Virus record (IMG/VR): IMGVR_UViG_3300026549_000064 | Span: 21,016 to 85,015 of that record | Source: a virus | Taxonomy: Duplodnaviria > Caudoviricetes | Direction: 5' to 3' (one strand) | DNA: 64,000 bases | Shown here: positions 52,506-61,563 of the stretch, piece by piece | Layout: each line of letters begins with the position of its first letter | Numbering within the stretch: the stretch's first letter is position 1 | Notes under the pieces: generated by a model | What the model was told of the DNA's origin: nothing | The model's database searches: none | The model's input: the letters and a program-made list of their open reading frames with translations, nothing else | Made by a program: the position numbers and the translations under genes

Positions 52506-54551
52506 CTACTTACAATTTTGTCGTGTGCACAACTGTACTTTACGCAGGGTAAGTTTACCGCCGAGACCTGCACTAGCTATGTACGGCGTGGTAAACGTGC
52601 TCTTGTCTCTCAGAAGTACGGTATACGAATATGCCTTTCTTCCGACAGTTACCTCAAGCGGTCCAGCATACGGTGACTCATCATCCAGTACCTTAGGCTT
52701 AAAGTCAGCAGTACTCTTTATTTCTGACTTAATACCAAGATCGATATTGGACAGTACAATGTTGGCGCTGTAAAGTACAATGAAGACATTCTTAGCCGCT
52801 GCTATGATCTTCTTCTTGCTATCCTCGCTGCTTAAATCAAGTGCCTTAATTGCTCTAGCAGGCAGACCGTCGATGAAAATGCCGGTAGTACTGTTAGACA
52901 GTATCAGCGACAGATCCTGAATATCGTTCGGATTAAGATAGCTTGGCAGAGCCTTCTTGTCCTTATCAGGAATAGACCAAATAGCGAAGACTGATGCCCA
53001 CAGACATCTGTTAATAGCATACAGATACTGCAGAGGATCTTTTGCCTTAAATTCGTGCTGGAATTTATGTGATAAATCAAGAGCGCTATCAAGCTCATCA
53101 AGTGTGTCTACCTGACTAGGGGCGTGACGATATCCCTCGCTGTCAGTATAAGCCACGCAGTTAGTATACTGCTGATTGAAGAGATCGATAACGAGATTTG
53201 AAATTTCAGCACAATAGGTCTGTGCAGTTGTCTTAAGAGCCGTTATTACTGACCTGCCAAGAGCTACAACATCTTCCAGATACTTTATCGGATCATCGTT
53301 AGCGTCGCTCATGCTTTCCGCTTTCTGATTGATAATAATCTGAATAGAATCATGCTGCTTGCTGGCAAGATCATAAGGCAGATGTAAAACGTGCTCTAAC
53401 TGAGCGGTGATGGTGTGTACTGCTGGTACGGTGATAGCAGTCTTATTATTATTCATGACATCCGCAACAACCTGTGCGATAGATTCAGCTGGAGTATCAA
53501 CAACGATATCTGCTGAATTTATTTCGGCTGGCGTAGGTTTGTCTGTTGCAGTCTTGGGCTTGAAATGCGTAATCAAGCTATAAAACTTGTCTGCGTGAAT
53601 AACCTTCGCATGATTGTTGCTGCCAAATAACTTCTTGATAAACTCCGCACTCTGCTCAATAATGTCTGGTGCACCGGGTTTCCAGTTCTCATTTGGATTG
53701 ACCTGCTGCGCAGGAACCGGCTGCTGTATCTCGTTAGGTCTGAGCGGTGCTGCAGTTGCTACTGCAGGCTGACTGTTATACACTGGGTTTACAGTTGCAC
53801 TGACCTGATTGCCAAGTGCTCCTGAGTCAGTCCGTTCTGCTGGATCACCGTAGATGTAGTTGATGTTAGCAGAAGCTGCATCTCTGACGGCATTCTGCTG
53901 AGGATAGACTACATTCTGAGGCTGTGCAACGCCCTGCGGATACACTACGGTCTGCTGAATCATCCCCTGCTGAGGATAAACTACATTCTGCGGCTGCTGT
54001 ACAGCGTAATTATACTGTGGCTGGACAACCCCAGGCTGCTGAACCATCATAGGCTGCTGCACTGCATACCCGTACTGCGGCTGAATTACGCCCTGCTGCG
54101 GATACACTACGTTCTGGGGCTGTACAACTACCTGCTGAGGAATGCCTCGTATCTCGATACCCTGAGCTGCCAGCTGATTAGCATACAGTGAAATCTTGTT
54201 GTGTATCCAACTAGCCAGTTCATCGCTTCCGCAGATTCTCGGTCCAAAAGTGTTACCGAGATCCATATCCCACTTACCGTTGTAGGCATCGCTCTGCAGG
54301 ATAGATGCGATTTTCTGAGCAACGCCTATGTTAAGAGCGCCGCGTGCAACATCAGCGTTAATGATCTGATCCAGCAGAGTCAATGCTCTTGATCTGTTGG
54401 TTGCTGCACTGTCAATCTGTGGCTGAGCGACGTTCATAAGTACACCCTGCTGCGGCTGGACGTAAGCATACTGAGGCTGCTGTACTACCGGCTGCTGAAT
54501 GGGAGCTCGGCCGGCATAATTAGCCTGGGCCTGATTTACAAACTGTCCCAT
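52506..54551 (-). CDS. Gln/Pro-rich hypothetical protein (phiKZ gp122-like position, 681 aa)
   Basis: QPQNVVYPQQG and QPQYxYAVQQP repeats; follows the nvRNAP beta-N gene. Confidence 0.7.
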   Translation of the reverse strand: MGQFVNQAQANYAGRAPIQQPVVQQPQYAYVQPQQGVLMNVAQPQIDSAATNRSRALTLLDQIINADVARGALNIGVAQKIASILQSDAYNGKWDMDLGNTFGPRICGSDELASWIHNKISLYANQLAAQGIEIRGIPQQVVVQPQNVVYPQQGVIQPQYGYAVQQPMMVQQPGVVQPQYNYAVQQPQNVVYPQQGMIQQTVVYPQGVAQPQNVVYPQQNAVRDAASANINYIYGDPAERTDSGALGNQVSATVNPVYNSQPAVATAAPLRPNEIQQPVPAQQVNPNENWKPGAPDIIEQSAEFIKKLFGSNNHAKVIHADKFYSLITHFKPKTATDKPTPAEINSADIVVDTPAESIAQVVADVMNNNKTAITVPAVHTITAQLEHVLHLPYDLASKQHDSIQIIINQKAESMSDANDDPIKYLEDVVALGRSVITALKTTAQTYCAEISNLVIDLFNQQYTNCVAYTDSEGYRHAPSQVDTLDELDSALDLSHKFQHEFKAKDPLQYLYAINRCLWASVFAIWSIPDKDKKALPSYLNPNDIQDLSLILSNSTTGIFIDGLPARAIKALDLSSEDSKKKIIAAAKNVFIVLYSANIVLSNIDLGIKSEIKSTADFKPKVLDDESPYAGPLEVTVGRKAYSYTVLLRDKSTFTTPYIASAGLGGKLTLRKVQLCTRQNCK

Positions 54552-54579
54552 AATAAAATTCTCCTAAAATGAATCATGA

Positions 54580-56235
54580 TTAAAGCGGTACAAGGAGATC
54601 TCTCAGGCCCTTAATTTGTTCGTACCAGGGCATCTTCGATTCATCGAAGCATCCGTCGTCATCTATCTGTGCAAACGGATTGATGTCTCCAGCTACACCC
54701 GGGTTAGATGTACTGATAGACAGAATACTTTCGATAGCCACGAACGTAGGAGAGAATTGATGTTCCTTGTGGTTGATGGTATTGGAATCGTTTCCGGCAG
54801 GGGCACCATCTGCTTTCCTTGCCTGGAGTAATTTATGACAAAGCTGGTTGAACAGCATGTCATCGTTGTAGGCTTCAGTACCGGTAGCGATACTTTCGTC
54901 CTTGTAAATATCGTTGATTTTCATCGACGGTATACGCAGAGCATCTGCGATGTTTTTCGGTTTCAATTCTTTACCCCTTACGGCCTTGTAAATTCGATTG
55001 AATAACGTGGTCGTGATACTCGATCTCAGGAGTTTATCCACATTCCCAAGTCTCTTCTCAAACAGATTGTTGGGACTGTAATCAGCCAGCCAATTATCTA
55101 TATTGAAGAAGACAGTGATAAATAGATCAAAGATGTTCTTGATATCGATATTGTAATCTCTCTTAAACTCGTTACGGGATACAGTGTCTACATAAGTCTT
55201 CAGAGAAGCCAGATGCGATTCACCATGTCCTTTAGCCTGGTTATAAGCTATTTTCTGTCCGTAGATAATCTTGCCAATAGTGGCTACATAAAGAGGTGTA
55301 TCAAATAACTGAGCAAATTGATACTCTTTACCGCCAGATAGTTGGGCAAAGTCTTCAATGTCAGGTGCGGCTAACTTGAGTATATAAACTAAAGATGCCA
55401 CAACTCGTCTAAACGAAATGTCTGAAAACGAAGCTGCTTCACACTTAACATATATGTCAGGCAAGACAGGGAAGTACAGATATACATCGTCATCCTCGTC
55501 CGCTGTCTGACTAAGGGTAATACGTCCGCCGTAACCTAAAAGTGCCATAGCTTTAACAAGACCATACTCTGCAAGAAGATAAAGTACAAGAGGCGTACGT
55601 TTATAAATCTTGTTGGTAGAATTCTTGTAATGCGCTTTCACGGTTACGTACTTAGCACTAGTTTCCTTTCCGTGAATATCCTTGAGAACTATTTCTTCAT
55701 TTCTCCAGAAATGGAGAGGTGATCTCATAACTCTCAGCATGATTCCATCACCGGACGGTATCCTTACAATCTTGTCACAAAGTACGTGCTTGACTGCATA
55801 GGTTTTACCGTTCATGATGAGACCGTTGTTTATCCAAAACGGTAAGTACAGGGCAACGGTATATAACTCACCATTAACTCTAAACGAGTACTCTTCGAGT
55901 ATTTTCTCGTCACGTTCTATACTTACCTTATCCTTACTAAGTCCCTTGTTGATCTCGTACTTAACCTGATCAAGCGGACTCATCGTCCGATGACCAATGT
56001 ACTCAACAGTAGTCGGTTCTACATACGCAGTAGGTGCCGCATAAATAGTGGCATTCTGCTCCCTGTTCAAGTCTCTGAGTGCATCGTTAATGTACTCAAC
56101 TGCATGTCTGAACACCCGATCAACGTACTCAGGGCAACTGTTAATCAGGTTCTTGTTGTACTCAAGCAGCAACTTGTCGTTGAACTGCGGTAACTGACGA
56201 TCGATGTCGTCAATGACTTCACGTAAGCTCATCAC
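54580..56235 (-). CDS. Non-virion RNA polymerase beta subunit N-terminal part (phiKZ gp123-like)
   Basis: LYLPF...NGKTYAVKHVLCD...LRVMRSPLHF and C-terminal SPTFVAIES...NPF resemble this family; size about 550 aa. Confidence 0.7.
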   Translation of the reverse strand: MMSLREVIDDIDRQLPQFNDKLLLEYNKNLINSCPEYVDRVFRHAVEYINDALRDLNREQNATIYAAPTAYVEPTTVEYIGHRTMSPLDQVKYEINKGLSKDKVSIERDEKILEEYSFRVNGELYTVALYLPFWINNGLIMNGKTYAVKHVLCDKIVRIPSGDGIMLRVMRSPLHFWRNEEIVLKDIHGKETSAKYVTVKAHYKNSTNKIYKRTPLVLYLLAEYGLVKAMALLGYGGRITLSQTADEDDDVYLYFPVLPDIYVKCEAASFSDISFRRVVASLVYILKLAAPDIEDFAQLSGGKEYQFAQLFDTPLYVATIGKIIYGQKIAYNQAKGHGESHLASLKTYVDTVSRNEFKRDYNIDIKNIFDLFITVFFNIDNWLADYSPNNLFEKRLGNVDKLLRSSITTTLFNRIYKAVRGKELKPKNIADALRIPSMKINDIYKDESIATGTEAYNDDMLFNQLCHKLLQARKADGAPAGNDSNTINHKEHQFSPTFVAIESILSISTSNPGVAGDINPFAQIDDDGCFDESKMPWYEQIKGLRDLLVPL

Positions 56236-56313
56236 AACTCCTAGGTTAGTTATGTAAACTTCATATTCTATATGCCAGTTACATAATAAATAACAGATAA
56301 AGATTATAATTTT

Positions 56314-56438
56314 ATATTAAGTGGCTACCCTAATATTTAATTAACCTTTACATAGAGTCATATCTTACTTTTCGAGTGGCTACCTCTACATTTGTAAGCC
56401 TTATAGTCTCTTCACGATGGCTACTCGTGTCTGAGACT
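56314..56438 (-). promoter_or_regulatory. Three hairpins sharing the loop GUAGCCA
   Basis: Loops at 56322-28, 56377-83 and 56418-24, each closed by a different complementary stem. Confidence 0.6.
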
Positions 56439-56469
56439 CCTCTTGTTATTTATTTAGTAACTAACTTAT

Positions 56470-58047
56470 TCATAATCGTTTAACGACCGTGAATATAGAA
56501 CATGCTGCAGATGCAACTGATGCTATTGTTTTGATCCAACTAGTGGTTACATCCGCTTTTTGTTGCTGAATTACAGTTTGTGAACTATGCATTGCTGCAT
56601 ACAACGATATACCAGCCGTAGCTATCGCTGCTAATGATTTCACAACCGTGTCAACAACTGCCCATCTACTACTTCGGACGCCGTTAAGTTGCTTATCGCG
56701 TTCTTCCTGCAATTTCGACAATCGAATTGCTTCGTCGTACTCGTTCTTACGTTTTTCAGCCTCGTCGGCCATTTGTCTCATTCTCTCATCGTGGAGACGT
56801 TCTTCACGCTCCTCTCTGAGTTTTGCTTCTCGTAGATCTTCTTCGAGTCTACGTACTCGATCTTCATGTTCTCGTTGTGCTCGTTCCTCACGTAATTTAG
56901 CTTCACGAACATCGTCGTCATATTTCCGACGACGTTCGTCATCTTCTCGTTTCAGTCTGGCTGCATCTTCCTCAGCCCGACGTGTTCTTTCCTCGAACTC
57001 TAATTGAGTTCGCTTAGCTTCTGTCTCCTTCCTGGTTATTTCAGCTTTAAGCTGAAGCATTTCCTGTTCATGAGTCTGTTTGGCAGACTCGTTTATTTCG
57101 GTTACCTGTTTCTTGTAGTTATCGCGTTCCTTGACAAGGAGCTCATTACGATCGTGCTCAGTACTGGCTTCTTTTTCCAGCTGAGCTATTTTCTCGTTGG
57201 CTTCCCTAAGGGCGTCCGCAATTCTATCATCTACTTCAGATACCGATAACAATTTTGCCTTTTCATCTTTGATACTGACAAACCGTTTATATACGGCATC
57301 TTTGTCTATACCCCAGATGCAAAATGCATTCTTGGCAGGTTCTGATATACTCACGAAACCTGCCTTAGTTAGCATGTGATACCTTAATACATCTCCTGAT
57401 ACATTTGCAACATAAATATCAAGCAATTCATTTGTAGAAAAATCATGACCCACGTTAACTGTACACACTGAGTCATTGATAATTACATACAACTTGTTAA
57501 TACTTGTGTTGTGGCTGTTTGCGATTATGTATAGCGGAGCTGCACCAGGAACTTCTTGCGGAGTTCTTTTTAATGCAGATGCTATATATGTTGGTACAGA
57601 GTTTCTGAACCCAGGATGTGCTTGTTTAAGCACATCCAGGTTACTGTTGAATGATATAACAAATCCAAGTTCAGCAACATAGTAGGGCGTATCGATATAC
57701 GTTCCACCGTTGCCTAGTCTGTGCAGTCTACTATTATTGATAAATAGATCGACTCGTGCCAAATTGTCATCAATAGAGATATCCCGAACAGCATTATACT
57801 TATCGGGTAACCCTATATCCCTCTGGATATAGCTGATAGCTATACCGTTATCTACTCTTGATTCATCTCGATACGATCCCACATAGGGGATGATCGTCAC
57901 TTTCCCAGATCCTGACATCATGTACAGTGTTCTGCCAGTCTGGTTTCGTATGCCAAACTCAGTGTGCAGATGAAAATCAGATTTCGTCAACGGAACACTA
58001 GTCTGATATTCTTTGCAACTGAGCGATGAATCTTGATTATTACTCAC
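56470..58047 (-). CDS. Early coiled-coil protein with an Arg/Glu-rich helix and hydrophobic C-terminal helices (525 aa)
   Basis: REAKLREER repeats; two similar C-terminal hydrophobic segments; TATATTAC promoter. Confidence 0.75.
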   Translation of the reverse strand: MSNNQDSSLSCKEYQTSVPLTKSDFHLHTEFGIRNQTGRTLYMMSGSGKVTIIPYVGSYRDESRVDNGIAISYIQRDIGLPDKYNAVRDISIDDNLARVDLFINNSRLHRLGNGGTYIDTPYYVAELGFVISFNSNLDVLKQAHPGFRNSVPTYIASALKRTPQEVPGAAPLYIIANSHNTSINKLYVIINDSVCTVNVGHDFSTNELLDIYVANVSGDVLRYHMLTKAGFVSISEPAKNAFCIWGIDKDAVYKRFVSIKDEKAKLLSVSEVDDRIADALREANEKIAQLEKEASTEHDRNELLVKERDNYKKQVTEINESAKQTHEQEMLQLKAEITRKETEAKRTQLEFEERTRRAEEDAARLKREDDERRRKYDDDVREAKLREERAQREHEDRVRRLEEDLREAKLREEREERLHDERMRQMADEAEKRKNEYDEAIRLSKLQEERDKQLNGVRSSRWAVVDTVVKSLAAIATAGISLYAAMHSSQTVIQQQKADVTTSWIKTIASVASAACSIFTVVKRL

Positions 58048-58091
58048 ATTACAAATCCCTCCTTGGACGAGGCTATAAATCGTCCAATATA

Positions 58092-58118
58092 GTAATATAT
58101 ATCTGAAAGACTAATGAA
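58092..58118 (-). promoter_or_regulatory. Early promoter TTCATTA-N10-TATATATTAC
   Basis: Exact phiKZ early consensus. Confidence 0.7.
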
Positions 58119-58166
58119 TGAAAAATACCAGTTCTCCGTCTTTGGAGAACTGGTATCGTTAAAAAA

Positions 58167-59834
58167 TTAAGCACCAAGATTCATCATCTTGTACGATAGG
58201 CTATATAACTTATTGCTGGAGATATCGTCGAGCTTATTTTGGAGAATAGCGAAGTCTCTATTCATTTTACCATCTTTAAGCATTTCGATCCAGGTAATGG
58301 GGTCGACAATGTTGTCAAAGATATTGCCCAGCATTTCGATGATAGTGGTATTTTCTACCGCTTTCATGCTGGCTACTTTCTTTTCAGCAGTCTCTAACTG
58401 TGTCAAAAGCGCATCACACTGGAGCTCAGGGATATTTTCTTCCTTGAATCTCTGTTTCATACCCTGTAGAATACGGCGTGCACGATAATAGTCGTCTTCG
58501 TAAGTAGGAGTCTTGCAGATCTTACCTACGATGTTGCCGTATTTGGAGGATGCCCAAATAAACAACGACATTATTCCCCACAGGAAACTACTGTGCGCAA
58601 TGAAAGAACTACGACCTGACACTATATTGGAGTAGTCGAAAGCACCTCTAATTTTATCTAATGCTGAGATAAGCGCATCGCCGTAACCGTGACGAGTAGC
58701 GAACTCATCAGCCCAACGTTCTAGCAGGAATGAATTGTTACGAGTATTCTTTCTGTCAGACGATTTGTAAGTTTTAGTGGATTCATCGTAATAGTTGCTG
58801 GCAAAACAGAGTGTTGCTGCATTGGTCAATATAAGAAATATGCCAGCTACAGTTGTTCCGATGAGATTACACGCTAAGTTGAGCGGAACTAACAGTAGAG
58901 AAACTACGTTGTAAGAAAAGTTAACGCCAGATGACGCTCCTCTAGTTAGTAAACGTATACCGGCAAGTATGGCTGAAAGTAGATTAAGTAGAGAGTTGAG
59001 GATAATAACTATTGCTGTGGTAAGTTCACCATCCAGTTTCATAGTCTTAACACGCTGCTTAAGTTTAGGAATAACTTTTTTGTCAATATAGTTGATATAA
59101 GTATCAATTTCATCAAGAGTTTCAAAGTTACGTTTATTGCCAGCAAATTTCTTAATTCGTTCGGTAACTACGTAGATATCGGCAGCATGCTCCATGATAG
59201 TCATGACGTGACCTATCTCATGTAAGTAAATAGCTGCCATTTCTTTAGCAGTAAGCGGCTCGGCTGCTGAAGCTGGTACAAATTCTTCCATGAGGAACAT
59301 GGTGTTAACATCCATGTATACGCACGGTATGGTAATGATTCTTCCATCGCTTAATTGTTTCTCGGTTACACGGCTGGTTTCTAGATCAATACAATCAGCT
59401 AATTCGCCGAATAGTGCTGCTGCTTCTTTCTGCTTATCACTTTCCGGAGCTACAATAGGCTTACCAACAGCTTTGCTTATGTTGGTGTCAAATCCGGAAC
59501 TCATACCGGAAAGATCAACGACTACGGCCATAGCTCCAGTTAGTCCGTTAACGTTACCACCTACAATACGAATCTTCTTGCAGGTTAGCCCAATGTCTTG
59601 TTCCAGTACATCTTTGAAATTGGGTACCAGATTCTTAACAGCATAGTTGTATACTTGCTCAATCTTAAACAAACGCTTAGCGTCGTCGGTAGTTTCACGT
59701 TTGCCGTAATCGATACTCTCTTTGTAGTCGAGTACATCTTGGAAAATACTTTCCAGATCTCGGCCTAGCTGAGAATTTTCCTGGAAGCGAATTGCTTCCA
59801 TACCTGGAAATAGAGCCTCAAAGTTATATGCCAT
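58167..59834 (-). CDS. Putative head protein with an HEXXH metallopeptidase motif, paralog 1
   Basis: LHEIGH and ERWADEFATRHGYG; N-terminal FPGME processing-type motif. Confidence 0.65.
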   Translation of the reverse strand: MAYNFEALFPGMEAIRFQENSQLGRDLESIFQDVLDYKESIDYGKRETTDDAKRLFKIEQVYNYAVKNLVPNFKDVLEQDIGLTCKKIRIVGGNVNGLTGAMAVVVDLSGMSSGFDTNISKAVGKPIVAPESDKQKEAAALFGELADCIDLETSRVTEKQLSDGRIITIPCVYMDVNTMFLMEEFVPASAAEPLTAKEMAAIYLHEIGHVMTIMEHAADIYVVTERIKKFAGNKRNFETLDEIDTYINYIDKKVIPKLKQRVKTMKLDGELTTAIVIILNSLLNLLSAILAGIRLLTRGASSGVNFSYNVVSLLLVPLNLACNLIGTTVAGIFLILTNAATLCFASNYYDESTKTYKSSDRKNTRNNSFLLERWADEFATRHGYGDALISALDKIRGAFDYSNIVSGRSSFIAHSSFLWGIMSLFIWASSKYGNIVGKICKTPTYEDDYYRARRILQGMKQRFKEENIPELQCDALLTQLETAEKKVASMKAVENTTIIEMLGNIFDNIVDPITWIEMLKDGKMNRDFAILQNKLDDISSNKLYSLSYKMMNLGA

Positions 59835-59861
59835 AATTAAACTTTCCTATTCTGGTTAAAA

Positions 59862-61532
59862 TTAAAGTCTGCTTAATTGGTGAGACAATACGTAGAGTTT
59901 ATTACTGGAGAGATCGTCTAAGCTATTTTGCAGTATTGCAAAGTCTCTATCCAGTTTACCGTCTTTGAGCATTTCTATCCAAGCAAACGGATCAATAACG
60001 TTATCTAAGATATTGCGTAATGTCTCGAAAACGCTAGTGTGCTGAATAGATTTGTTAGCTGCGGTAAGTTTTTCAGCTCTATCTAACTGGGCCAACAGAG
60101 CATCGCACTGTATAGCTGGAATCTTCTCTTCCTTGAATCTTTGCTTCATGTTTTGCACGACACGACGTGCACGATAAAAATCATCTTCGTAGTTAGAAGG
60201 GAAGAATAATCTAGTTATAGGGTTAAAGGTAGTGCAGAGCCATGCAAACGTAGCTACGATAGCACTAATGATCCCTGAATTAACTAAGGTTGAATCACTA
60301 GCTACAACAACTCTACCATAATCCTGAGCTTTACCCATTTTAGCTAATGCTGAGATAAGCTCATCGCCGTAACCGTGGCGAGTAGCAAATTCATCAGCCC
60401 ATCTTTCAGCAAGAAATGCGTTATTCTTAGTACTTCTTTTATCGGCTACTTTAGTTCCATACTTGGTCCATATTCCATCTGCATGCCATGCAGCATATGC
60501 CATACTTGTATTGGAATATTGCATTAGTAAAGTGAATACACCGGTTACTATAGCTGATAGCGTTCTAAACACAACATTAACAGCTGATAAGAAGATAACA
60601 CTTACTGTGTAAACTGCATTTACTACAGGGGCTGCACCACGGAGTATAGATTTTATTGTTGATAGTACTGATACTATCGCTGCCAGAGTATCCTTTAACG
60701 GCTTTATTGTTCTAGGATCTGGTATCTGGGCTGAAGTTAATTTAGCTAGTTGCTTCTGAAGATCAGGAATAATCTTCTTGTCGTAGGCGTCAACCCAATC
60801 GTTTGCGTCTTTGATAGTTTTGATATTATCAGTGTTGACAGCTATTTTTTTGATACGCTCTGTTATTACGTATGTATCGGCAGCATGCTCTATAAAAGTC
60901 ATGATGTGGCCAACTTCATGAAGGAAGATAGCCGTTATCTCTTTAGCAGTAAAAGGTTCAGCAACTGAAGCCGGTACAAATTCTTCTAAGAGAAATAGAA
61001 CGTTCACGTCCATATTTACGAACGGAGTCGTAATAAGTCTTCCGTCACTTAAATGGGTTCTGGTTAATTGGCTTTTATTTAGGTCGATACAATCAGCTAA
61101 TTCTTTATAGAGATTGATAGTTTCTACGCGGTTGTCTAGTGCAGCACGCCGTAATATATCACCAGTAGCCACGCCTTGTCTTTGATTAGCCGCTACGGTT
61201 AGTTCGGATATACAGATACAAATACCTGTTGTGTTAGTTATTCCTACTTCCGGCCCGCCTACCATATTTACAGAATTACAGGTTAGACCAGTATCTTCGA
61301 ATACTACTTTCTTAAATGCAGGAATAAGATAACTAGTGGCGTAGTCTAGTACTTTATTGATTTTGTATATACGTTTTTCTTCATCGCTAGGGCCGCACCT
61401 GGAGTAGTCTATTGTCTCTTTATAATCTAATACCTTTTGAAAGATAGCTTCCAGGTCTTTACCCAGTTTGGATTCATTCTGGAAGCTGATAACTTCCATA
61501 CCTGGAAATAATGCATTAAAGTCGAATGGCAT
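59862..61532 (-). CDS. Putative head protein with an HEXXH metallopeptidase motif, paralog 2
   Basis: LHEVGH and ERWADEFATRHGYG; alignable with paralog 1 over its length. Confidence 0.65.
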   Translation of the reverse strand: MPFDFNALFPGMEVISFQNESKLGKDLEAIFQKVLDYKETIDYSRCGPSDEEKRIYKINKVLDYATSYLIPAFKKVVFEDTGLTCNSVNMVGGPEVGITNTTGICICISELTVAANQRQGVATGDILRRAALDNRVETINLYKELADCIDLNKSQLTRTHLSDGRLITTPFVNMDVNVLFLLEEFVPASVAEPFTAKEITAIFLHEVGHIMTFIEHAADTYVITERIKKIAVNTDNIKTIKDANDWVDAYDKKIIPDLQKQLAKLTSAQIPDPRTIKPLKDTLAAIVSVLSTIKSILRGAAPVVNAVYTVSVIFLSAVNVVFRTLSAIVTGVFTLLMQYSNTSMAYAAWHADGIWTKYGTKVADKRSTKNNAFLAERWADEFATRHGYGDELISALAKMGKAQDYGRVVVASDSTLVNSGIISAIVATFAWLCTTFNPITRLFFPSNYEDDFYRARRVVQNMKQRFKEEKIPAIQCDALLAQLDRAEKLTAANKSIQHTSVFETLRNILDNVIDPFAWIEMLKDGKLDRDFAILQNSLDDLSSNKLYVLSHQLSRL

Positions 61533-61563
61533 GATCGATACCTTAATAGTTATTTAGCCTATT

